A stretch of DNA of 63,897 bases, the filler included, from Olpidium bornovanus S191 (lineage: Eukaryota; Fungi; Olpidiomycota): the NCBI GenBank assembly GCA_017911155.1. It is 25 parts of 25 records of this genome, joined end to end, with 100 filler letters (N's around TTAATTAATTAA, not from the genome) between each part and the next. Parts side by side here need not be neighbours in the genome. Positions count along the whole stretch, not along the records: positions 45,327 to 49,711 come from JAEFCI010000388.1; positions 49,812 to 52,379 come from JAEFCI010010963.1; positions 52,480 to 54,193 come from JAEFCI010000120.1; positions 54,294 to 55,968 come from JAEFCI010005175.1; positions 56,069 to 58,296 come from JAEFCI010007396.1; positions 58,397 to 62,398 come from JAEFCI010004524.1; 19 more parts are not named here. One strand, 5' to 3'. The notes under the pieces were generated by a model. The model made no database searches and was not told the origin of the DNA. It worked only from the letters and a program-made list of their open reading frames with translations. Positions 46,627-58,781 of this stretch are shown here, one piece after another; within the stretch, counting starts at the first letter, position 1, and every line of letters begins with the position of its first letter. The position numbers and the translations under genes are program-made.

Positions 46627-49467
46627 CTATATAACGTGCGCCCTCCGGCACACGACAGAGACGAAATCCATCCTGTCCCAAGGACACAACGTGGTGGAGT
46701 CTTGGAGCCTTTTTGCGCACAACTCGCAGAGGCGGTGGCCGCACGGCTGCAGGACTGTCACGCAGTTGAAACGCCCGCAATAATGTTGAGCGACGTCGTT
46801 AGCTCCATCCCCTCCAAACGAACAACATCAAGAAAGGAACGTGGTATTGCTAAAAACCATTTGCGGTAAACGCTAAAAAAAAAAATACCCTACCGTGAGT
46901 TTCTTCGTTGTCCCAGCAGAGCTTGCAATCCCCCAAGGCCGATTCCCCGCCGCCGTCGCGTTCGCGCGCGCCCGTAGCTTCCGGAGCCTGCGGTCGGCCC
47001 GCGGACAGGGAAATCCCAGCAGTCTTCTTCCCCAATGTCTGGCGTTTTCGCCTTTCCTCGTCTAGCTTCTGGAGGGAATTCTGGAGCTCTTCTTCGGCCA
47101 ACGAGACAAGTTCGTCGCGACGGCTGTACGCCGCATTGACCGCCACCCTTGCGAGAAATCACGCAAGCGTTTCCACGTGTATGTGCGGTGATGGATTACG
47201 TGTGGGCACGTTGAGAACAAACAATAAAAACGAAACAAAAAGTAAGGGACTCGGACGGCTGACTTCGGGCGTACCTATACACTTCGTCATCTTCTGCCGA
47301 ATCCAGATCTCGATCTGTCTTGTCCAGACGTGATTCGGAATTTTCCCCGGTGTTCACCTCCACATTGAGACAGGCGGCGCGAGTGGCGGTATTTTCGAGA
47401 CCGTCCGACTCATTGGCTGGCGTGACTTCCGACGGCAGCGAGCCAAGATTTGTACGCCGAGTAAATCGCTCGATACACCCCTCGATCGAATCAACATCGG
47501 CTATCGCATTATTAGCGCCAGCTTGCAGATCGCCGAATTCGCCGGTAAGGCTTCCCCCTCACATTCCGCAAACTCGGACTGAACGAAGAGGTCCGCCGCA
47601 TTCTCCCTTCGCAACGTAACTAGGATCCTCGGCTGCTCATCGGACAGTCGCTTGACTCGAATATCGGAGACGTCCGTCCTCCAAAATGTTAAGTCGACCG
47701 GGCCATGCTGCAGAACCTGAGAGACAAGCCCGCGCCACCGTATCGCCTCCGTAACGCCGCAAAAGGACATCGAGCCGATGCCCAGAGTGACCTGCGGGTG
47801 ACGACAATGTATTCGGGATGAGCCGTCGCAGCCGCCGTGCCCCGAGCGGTAAGGTCCTAGGCCTTTTTTGCTCGTACCCAATCGCAGCAAATCGCGACTT
47901 GTTCGTAGATCGGGCTCTCCCGACTGGCAGCAAGGTCGGCGGCGTCTCTCTCTGCCAGGCTCTCTTCGCATCCTGTACGACTCGCAGCCTTCAGTTTTTC
48001 TAGCGAAATGGCCATTGCTTCTGCCGGTGATCGCCGTTCATCCTCTAGAAGCTTTTCTCTGGCGCGGTCCTACGAAAAGGGAATGATGCGTCTTATGATA
48101 CACACGGAGAAAATTTTACCAACAAGTCAAAGAATGACAAACGCACGTACAAGATCCTGCTCCGTTATAAAAACTTGATCGAAAGACCCAAGGCCGAAGG
48201 CATCCAAAGCCGGCTGCTGCGTATTCTCGTCGGTGCCCAGACGGACTTCTGCGGAACAGTTTCCCAGGCCGTTCAACTCAACCAGGTCAGGAAGGCCAGT
48301 TTCCAGAAAGGGCAAGGACGACTCTGTCGTCACCAGGCTGCCTGTCGAATTTTTCGGTTCACGAAGGTATGCACCCGCGGGCTCCACTGAAAAGCTGCCG
48401 TCACCTCCGTGCCTATGCCGCTTCGCTTCCTCGATTTTGGAGACGAAGTTTGAGCCCGCGGCCAACGCTGGGTTGCCTCGCACGGAAGCCAACCGAGGGG
48501 GAGATCCCCGACGCGGAGGTCCAACCTTTGGGGAAGAGCAGAAGTGCGGTTGCCACCTCGTGCTCGCCCGGTCCGGTTCCTTTAAAAACGCGCGAGCCAG
48601 AGGGCTGTCGGCAAGGATTGCGAAGTTAGCCGCTGAGACAGGGTGCGAGAGTTCGGGCGCTGGTTCGTCGTCGAAGAGGCCCGGAAGTCCAGCTTTGTCG
48701 AGCGGCGGCCGCAGGAGGGAGCTTGGGGCGGTCTTTCCGGGACGCACCAACGGCGTTTCTACCGCCGGGCGAGTGCGGTCCGGTTCCTTTAAAAACGCGC
48801 GAGCCAGAGGGCTGTCGGCAGGGATTGCGAAGTTAGCCGCTGAGACAGGGTGCGAGAGTTCGGGCGCTGGGTCGTCGTCGAAGAGGCCCGGAAGTCCAGC
48901 TTTGTCGAGCGGCGGCCGCAGGAGGGGGCGTGGGGCGGTCTTTCCGGACCGCACCGACGGCGTTTCTACCGCCGGGCGAGTGCCGCTCGCATGCCGGCCA
49001 GGCGTTACCAGCTCCTCCAATGTATCCAGGACTCGCCTCACTGCGTTGCTCTCCAGGCCTGAACGCGTCGTCCGGAGCCTCGAGGACGCGGGGGCCGTTG
49101 CCGGAGTGACCCTGTCGACAGCGCTGTTCGCGGAGGGGATCGCGCGGTTTCGGAAGCGGCGGCGGCCCGCGAGGCGCTTCTGGCACCCGTCAGGAGTCGC
49201 TGCGAGGAAATCATTGCCTCCGTCGCGGTCGGCGAGGTTCGCTGCTTCTCCTGCAGCGCCATTTCCGCGGAAGAACGCGTCCGCCGAGACGAGGTCCAGC
49301 AGATTCGGCGTGTCGAAGGCCGCCCCTGCCCGCCTGTCTCCTTCGCCAAACACCCCGCTGCCGCCGGCGAGGTCCAGGTCCAGCGTGAGGTGGTACCCGG
49401 CCGAGATGTCGCCCGTCATCCCGCACACTGGTGCTGCTGGCGGCAGGTTGCCGCCGGTGCTGTGCAC
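46627..49467 (-). CDS. Multi-exon protein with long disordered N-region, coiled coil and C-terminal RING finger (C3HC3D variant)
   Basis: Splicing GT (~46894) to AG (46755-6) gives CKLCWDNEETHVLQPCGHRLCELCAKRLQDSTTLCPWDR; stop TAG at 46627-9. Upstream AG-GT bounded exons and a long open frame 48151-49467. 5' end uncertain. Confidence 0.72.
48570..48983. repeat. 207-bp (69-codon) in-frame tandem duplication inside coding exon
   Basis: GTCCGGTTCC at 48571 and 48778; peptide RPAVETP.VR.GKTAP..LLRPPLDKAGLPGLFDD.PAPELSHPVSAANFAI.ADSPLARAFLKEPDR occurs twice with only a few substitutions. Confidence 0.95.
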
Positions 49468-49827
49468 TCGGGGGCTGCAGCCGTCGAAGCTTCCCCGCTT
49501 TCGTGCACGTACGTGCGCATCTCGTAATTTTTTTTAGGTGCCAAATGCAATTTGGGGTTACTGTCCGTTGCAGACTGCAAACACGGTCCTCATGGAGGAA
49601 GGCAATTTGGAAAGAAAAAAAAAGTGTCCCCACATTTATGGCATTTTCCACACAAGTTTCGAGCAATTGCAGTTGGCCAGCGGGCCCAATCACACACGCC
49701 ACTCGGCGAGANNNNNNNNNNNNNNNNNNNNNNNNNNNNNNNNNNNNNNNNNNNNTTAATTAATTAANNNNNNNNNNNNNNNNNNNNNNNNNNNNNNNNN
49801 NNNNNNNNNNNCCCCCCCCCATTTTTT

Positions 49828-49886
<59 letters not shown>

Positions 49887-50491
49887 GCGGGGGGGGGGGG
49901 GGGGGGGGGGCGAGAGAAACGGAGAGAGAGAGAGAGGGGGGGGGGGTTGAGCGCTTTAAATGCCTCTCACACTGCCGCGCGAACGGGGCTGCCCCTTTTC
50001 CCGCTCCGTGGTGCGAATGCGGCAGGACGTCAGCCGCAACGCGCCGGTGTGCAGGGCGCAATTACTCAGAAGTCGGCGCGCCGGCAGGGGAAAAAAACGG
50101 AACACAACCGGGCGCATCTCCACTTCCCCCCACCCTTCCCCTCTTTCGCCACCTTCACCCCCCTCTTTCTCTCTCCCTCGCTTTTCGCACAGTTGCCAAT
50201 ATATTTACCGGTGCAGTTAGACATTGATTCGCGGATCCCAGCTTCTACTTAACCGAGTTGGCGTGTGTGCGCATGCGCGCGTCCGTATGTGTTTTGTGTG
50301 TGCGTGTGTGTGTGGAGGGCGGGGGACATTTAGATTAACGAGCCGCAATTCCCCCCCCCCTCATCATCTCACCGGTTTCCAATAAAATGCGTGAAGGCGC
50401 GCGTACGCCAGTTTGCCGGACAAAACTGCGCGAAAAATCAAAAGGGGGGGGAGGGGGGGCATATCCAGGCGAGAAGCTCCCGGCATTTCGA

Positions 50492-52300
<1,809 letters not shown>

Positions 52301-52484
52301 CGCCATAAAGCGCGCCAGGCCACGCTCGGCACAACGGACAGAGAGAGAGGGGGGGGGGGGGGCAAAAGGGGGGGGGGGGNNNNNNNNNNNNNNNNNNNNN
52401 NNNNNNNNNNNNNNNNNNNNNNNTTAATTAATTAANNNNNNNNNNNNNNNNNNNNNNNNNNNNNNNNNNNNNNNNNNNNACGTG

Positions 52485-52541
<57 letters not shown>

Positions 52542-52590
52542 GGGGGGGGGGCCACCCTCCTCCACCCCCTCCCATTAGTCGCTTACCTAC

Positions 52591-52763
52591 CAATTCACGT
52601 CCCCATTCGCGACGGCCAGGACCGAAATGACAAACATCCCGATCCAAAACAAGACGAACGGGACCAGCCGGCCTCTGGCACTTACGGCGCTCCTGCGCGG
52701 GCCGGGCTCCTTGGGTACTGCCTCCAGCGTCGGCGCGGCCTCGTGCGCCGCTTCCATTCCCAT
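52591..52763 (-). CDS. Probable first exon of a type II membrane protein, unidentified
   Basis: ATG 52763 MGMEAAH...RRSAVSARGRLVPFVLFWIGMFVISVLAVANGDVN followed by GTAGGT donor; single transmembrane helix after basic residues. Confidence 0.35.
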
Positions 52764-52999
52764 TTGGGGCGGGCGCGCGACGACGAAGGGGAAAACAGGA
52801 CGAGTCAACGATTCTGCGCGTCTACAGGGGAGATGCGTGCGTGCATGCGTGCGTGCTGGGAGGGGGGCATTGGGCGGGAGGAATGAGAGAAAGTGACGAC
52901 CAATTCATTTTTTTATTTTCCTATTTTTCTTTTTTTTATGGGTGTATTGATTTTAGTTTGTACGAACTCACGCGAACTCAACACGAACTCAAGGAGCTA

Positions 53000-53165
53000 C
53001 AAACTCAAAAAGAGACGGTCACGAGCTAAAATCTGCATCACGAACTCAAAAGAGACGGTCACGAACTCAAAAGAGACGGTCACGAACTCAAAAGAGACAG
53101 TCACGAACTCAAAAGAGACGGTACCCTGAAAAAAGGACGGTACCACTAAAAAAGAGACGGTACCC
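53000..53165. repeat. 21-bp tandem repeat (4 near-perfect copies 53038-53121 plus degenerate flanks)
   Basis: Unit TCACGAACTCAAAAGAGACGG; flanking variants AACTCAAAAAGAGACGG and TACCACTAAAAAAGAGACGG. Confidence 0.88.
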
Positions 53166-54293
53166 TATTGGTGACTGGTGTCTCTGTATGTATTTTCCGC
53201 ACTGTAACTCCTGACTAAATTAATTCGAAGCCAAGCTTTGCCATTGGCTCAATACTCATCCCTGTTTCAACTTGTAACGCTGCTACAACATGGTTGGCTT
53301 CCAATCGATTATCAGTGGACGGTACTGACTAGACTGGTTGAGCAGGGGCGCTCTGGGTGGTCTGGTCGCTGTACAATTAACCAAGATAAAAAAAACTACT
53401 ACGCAAAACTACTACGCAGATCTTGAAAGCAGCTTCTTCCCTCTATCCCCCCCTCCCTCAAAACCGTGTGACACGCGCCTTGTACATAGATTTATTTATA
53501 GTTTTTTCTTGACGCTCGCGGATGGGCCATCCATGACTGTCCAATCTGTGCACTCGTTCTCATCGATGAAAGCGAGTCACCGCTTTTCGCTTCTCTCGCT
53601 CTTTACTTCAACGTTTACACCATAGTTACGATCGTCTTGAACGCTGGGCTCGTCGGAAAGCGCGGGAGCAACGGCAGAGGTAGGGAAAGAAACGACGCGC
53701 AGAAGGGCAAGAGAGAAGCTTCTCCTGATCCGGCTGCGCTATTATTTCCTCATTGGGCCCATCCACCGACTTGGGACACAACTGTTTCTCCCTCGCGTCC
53801 GGGTTTAAATATGATTATTATCATTATTATTTTTTTTCGGTTTTGGTTTTTGAGTACAGAGTGGCGCAACGGCGAGGTGGGGCCGAGTTTCTTGCACTCT
53901 CCCAAGTCGCGCTTCCGGGTTTGTCCCCCTCGAGACCGTGCCAAAAACGCCCTCACCCACCCACCCACCCTGCCTCCGCTTTCCCCCCCCCCCCCCCCGG
54001 CCAACCCCCCCCCCCTCCCCCCGCGCCCCGCCGGGCACTGTTCAGCTTGTACCGTAGAACTCGAAGGAGAATCCAAAAGGGAGCAGGAGTACGCGGAAGG
54101 GAAGCCGAGTGGCAGGAATCCGGTATTTTTCGTAATCTAGCTATCGCCATCAGGTCCTTTTTATACTGCAGGGTAATAGTAAACTTACAGGGGNNNNNNN
54201 NNNNNNNNNNNNNNNNNNNNNNNNNNNNNNNNNNNNNTTAATTAATTAANNNNNNNNNNNNNNNNNNNNNNNNNNNNNNNNNNNNNNNNNNNN

Positions 54294-54383
54294 CCCGTTG
54301 TCTCGACACCCGTTGTCTCGACACCCGTTGTCTCGACACCCGTTGTCTCGACACCCGTTGTCTCGACACCCGTTGTCTCGACA
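54294..54383. repeat. 15-bp minisatellite, 6 perfect copies running off the contig start
   Basis: (CCCGTTGTCTCGACA)x6. Confidence 0.95.
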
Positions 54384-55169
54384 CCGTACCTTAAACACTT
54401 TTCCTCGAAGAGCCCGTTGAAGTGCTCTTAGAAACCCTCCCCGGAGAGTGCGCCCACAGGCGAATTCGCCCTTCCCCCTCACCTGAACACCGCAACAAAC
54501 ACATGCTTCCCCTTCGGCCGCCCGCGGCGCCACCTGCGCCGCCTGCGCCGCCTTCAGCTGCCCGCCGCGGCCTCTCCGCCGCTCTCGGCCACCTGACGCG
54601 CCGCCTACGCCGCCTCCAGCCGCCCGCCGCGCCCTCTCCGCCGCCCGCCGCGCCATCTCCGCCGCCCTCGGCCACCTGCCGCGCCGCCTGCGCCGCCTCC
54701 AGCCGCCCGCCGCGCCCTCTCCGCCGCCCTCGGCCACCTGCCGCTCCGTCTCCGCCGCGACACCATGGACCTTTCCAAGGATCTTTCCACCCGTCAAGGA
54801 GGGGAAGAGGGCGGGTGGTGCGGGAAGGTTCCGGAAAGAAACCAAGGCGGGCGTTTTTTTTGTATGTCGCTCTGCGGCCCCTGCCGGTCGGCCCCCGCAG
54901 GTATAAAAGTCGCCTAACGCTGATCTATGCGCTTCCTTCGCGTAAGTAATTAAAACTCAACACGGAGGAAAACAATGGAGGCAACTAACGAGTTCTGCAA
55001 TCTTGAGATTTGTATCAGCGTGGGACTGCCTTACAGCGAGTTTGTGCGTACAGCAATGAAGAGTGAGCCGACCAACAGTGCAGCCAACGAGAGTGAAGCC
55101 CCTCGCACAACAGTGGGCCGGCTTGGTGCACGAGGGGGTGAGCCAGCAATGGAAGGGCGCTAAGCAGAA

Positions 55170-55607
55170 ATGTCTGCGAACACGGCTCATGGCAGCCAGA
55201 CAATCGGAGCTGCTGGCACTCTGAAGGAGCTAGTCTCCACGGTTCTCGCGCAGTCATCTCTGATAAGCGAGCTGACGGCAGAGGTCAAAGAGCTGAGGAT
55301 GGCTTTTGCTCGGGTTGAGGCGAGACTCAACGAGGAAGAGTTCACTGCACGGCCAGTGTTCGTGCCTGGGCCAACGATCTGTCAGCAAGAGCTGAGGCAA
55401 TCCGTCTCCTCTGCCGCTCCCGTCAGCTCCGCTCTCGTTGCTGCTCCTCAAAACCGTCGCCCACCCCCCGCAAAAAAAAAGAAAAAAAAAAGAAAAAGTG
55501 GCGTGTCGTACGGTGTTTCCTTAAGGCTTCGCCAAAACCCGCCCTCTCCAACGTTGGCAACCCGTTCTCCCTTCCCTCCGCTCTCCATCTCGCATAGAAG
55601 TGAGTAG
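55170..55607 (+). CDS. Hypothetical coiled-coil ORF, possibly retroelement ORF1/gag-like
   Basis: LKELVSTVLAQSSLISELTAEVKELRMAFARVEARL heptads followed by a Pro/Lys-rich segment; TATAAAA at ~54902; no diagnostic motif. Confidence 0.3.
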   Translation: MSANTAHGSQTIGAAGTLKELVSTVLAQSSLISELTAEVKELRMAFARVEARLNEEEFTARPVFVPGPTICQQELRQSVSSAAPVSSALVAAPQNRRPPPAKKKKKKRKSGVSYGVSLRLRQNPPSPTLATRSPFPPLSISHRSE

Positions 55608-57470
55608 CTTCGCCATCTCGTCAGAGGCGGCAACCCATTGCCAAGTCTCCCCCAAACCTCCCTCCGGGAGAGCTCTTCGCTTGCGCGACATTTTGGCGAC
55701 AGCCGGGGAGCAGCGCGTTTTCATACGCGTCCCTGCCCGGTCCTCTCCTCTGCCTCGACGCTGCTTTCGACGTGGCCTGTTTTATTTTCTTTGCTTCAGG
55801 CCTCTTTGGCACTCAACCAACCACCAGTCGACCTTCATCCACCTCGCCGCCACCTATGGTGCAACAGCACTTCTGGGATGAGTTCGTGAACGTGACGAAC
55901 TCGAGTATCCCAGAAGAGCTGGTGCACCATAGGTGTCAACTCACATCTGTTGCAAGCCTTGGGAGCCANNNNNNNNNNNNNNNNNNNNNNNNNNNNNNNN
56001 NNNNNNNNNNNNTTAATTAATTAANNNNNNNNNNNNNNNNNNNNNNNNNNNNNNNNNNNNNNNNNNNNACGATTTTGTAATAAGGGCCGGTGCCGTCTAC
56101 GCCAATTCGATATACAAAGGAATTCTCGCAGAGGTACACGCTACGGCGAGTTGGAGTACAAAAAAACGGAAGAAAAATAAGCGTGCATGTTCCGTTCCCC
56201 CGCTTCCCCCTCCGTCTTCGAGCCAAATTCCCTGAGATCGTAGCCCGCGAAGCGTCCGCGTCAGCTCGACGAGCTGACGCCACGGCCGTTCCCCCTTCAA
56301 ATATGTCAACCAGGTTGAATTTCTTCCTCTGATCTCCCCGTTGATACCGGTATCCCGGCTGTTCTCCGAGTTTCTGGAATCCGCGTTCCCGCCTGGTGCG
56401 GCTTTCTCTCCTCCCACCTACTACCGATTTGACAAGTTGGGCCTGTCGGGCAGCAAGTTCTCGCCCGCGCACACGTCGTTCCAGTACATCCAAGTCCTGA
56501 AGCAAATGGTCTGAACGTTCCCGTCGCCCGCACAACGCGGACCAGCGAATTGTCGCCCGCGCTCTCTCTCTCTCAGTTCTCGCCGATCACACTCTTCGCT
56601 GCAGTGGGTTTTGGCGGCCGTCGCAACCGCATCCTCTGTCGGGCATTTATTTTGCTCTGTTTTGTTCTGAATACCTGTGCAGTATATGTCATTAATGGTC
56701 GCGCGACCGCAGGGTGCACCCTGCGGTCCCGACATTCATCCTTTGCTTTGTGAACTCAGGGACTTTGCAAAGCATCAGGGCGGAGCCTTGCTTCTTCGTG
56801 GGTCCCTGCACACCACTGAGAGCATTAGGCAGGAAAAAAGAGTGTCATAGCAGTGTTTCCGGCTCAGTTGTTCTTCGTCAGAGGTGGGCAACGTCCTAGG
56901 GGCAGCAGGGGCAAGCCTCCTATATCTCCACCTCTGTCATGCGCACACGGACAGAGGGTTGTTGTGAACTGATCATCTTTGGCAGTCACTGTGGGGGTAA
57001 AAAATTAAAAAGTAAAGAGAAAAAAAAAAAAAAAAAAAAAAAGGTCGAAGGTGTTGTAATTCAACTTTGTGCCCACCCTGCCGCGCACTTCACATGCATT
57101 GCCGCAATACTGGCAGCCCCCCACCCCAGCCTTTGCGGAGTGCGAGAATTGAACCGCTTTCCGGACGCATCGCGGAGAGAGCTAAAAAAAAAAAATAAAT
57201 TCGAGTGCACCATTCTGCATAAGGACATCCGTCGGATCGGGGCGCTGCTAGGCAGGACGCCCCGTCCCCGTGGTGGAGACGGCTCGGAACATTTTTTTTT
57301 TCCCTCCGCCCTTTCTTTTCCCTTCTCTTTCTTTTCGAGTTGCTGCGCCGTGTCACGTCAATGTTGCACAGCAAACGTGCCTCCTTTTCTCTTTTTTTTT
57401 GGGGCCCGGCCTGTGAAACAAACCTAACAACCAAGCGCTCCTTCCCCAACTCACCCCCCCTCGCAACCCG

Positions 57471-57509
<39 letters not shown>

Positions 57510-57744
57510 CACCAACCAACTGACCGAAAGCGGGGGGGGGGGCCAGAGAATCCAAGGAAACCGCCCCGAAAAAAAAAAGGAAAAAAAAAAAGGAAAAAAA
57601 AAAAGGAAAAAAAAAAAAGGAAAAAAAAAAGGAAAAAAAAAAGGAAAAAACTCCCAGGCCGACGCGGGGAAAACCGCCCGGAACAGCGGAACGGAGAAAC
57701 AAATAATAAAAAAACGAAATAACAAAACAAAACAAAATAAAAAA

Positions 57745-58116
57745 ATGGCCGTGCCGGAGGGCGCGGACGGAACGGGCGAGGACGCGGGCTTCGCCTCCGC
57801 TGCGGGACGGACCGGAGGCGGGCCGCCGCCCCGATCCCCGCGGGAGGGGCCCGTGCGGCCGGTTTCGGGCGACCGGGCCCTCGCACCGCTGCACGGCTTC
57901 GCCGTGCCTCCGTTCGCCAAGGATCCGGCGGCCTTCGAGGGCGACGGGCTCGGCTGCGGTGACGGGTATCCCGCCTACACCTGGAGCCAGACCGAGGACC
58001 AGGTGCAGATATCCTTCTCGATTCCGGCAGGGGTGAAGCCCAAGACGGACATGATCATACGCTTCACCGAAACGACCATACACGTCGCGTTGAAAGGGAG
58101 GTCGAGCAAGCTGAAG
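57745..58116 (+). CDS. CS (p23/NudC-type) domain protein, first exon, 3' truncated
   Basis: YTWSQTEDQVQISFSIPAGVKPKTDMIIRFTETTIHVALKG (Y.W.QT..EV.I...P...K..D..V.F....L.V); GT donor at 58117. Confidence 0.8.
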
Positions 58117-58168
58117 GTGGGGGAGGGGGGGGGGGGGGGGGGACCCCGGGGGGGGGGGGGGGGGGCCC

Positions 58169-58202
<34 letters not shown>

Positions 58203-58242
58203 TTTGGGGGGGTTTTGGGGGTTTGGGGGGGGGGGGGGGGAA

Positions 58243-58295
<53 letters not shown>

Positions 58296-58781
58296 CNNNN
58301 NNNNNNNNNNNNNNNNNNNNNNNNNNNNNNNNNNNNNNNNTTAATTAATTAANNNNNNNNNNNNNNNNNNNNNNNNNNNNNNNNNNNNNNNNNNNNCCCT
58401 CTGTAGAACGGGCGTCGCAACGCGTTCGCTCCATAAAAAGTCAGCGCAATTCAAAAGCCCGGCGCAACGTCGGCAAATCTCAATCTGAGTATCCAGTTTG
58501 GGGTAGCACAAGCAAATGAGATCCCGGTTGGGGTGGCAAAGGTGGGGGTCGGAAGGAAGTCGTGGCCCAGGTCGTTCGCCTTCGTACCGCAGTATGGCCA
58601 GCGAACGTCTGCAACGGCAGCAAACGGTCCGCGGCGGGGTCGGGCGGGGTTGGGGGATGGAGAAGGGCGGCGGGGCCGGGGGATTGCAGGGACGTGTCGC
58701 GGAAAGAGAAGGTCGCGCATTTTGCCCGCCCGCTCCCAGCGCCAACGACCCCCGCCCAACAACAAAATACAAGAAACGAAA

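Noticed and set aside
54294-54383. Tandem repeats as CRISPR arrays (also 20795-20906, 53038-53121)
   Set aside because: Head-to-tail units with no unique spacers, eukaryotic context and no cas genes.
56069-56540. Minus-strand protein-like frames (56017-56535, 56097-56417)
   Set aside because: Two competing frames, no clear splice donors and no recognisable domain; cannot choose one.
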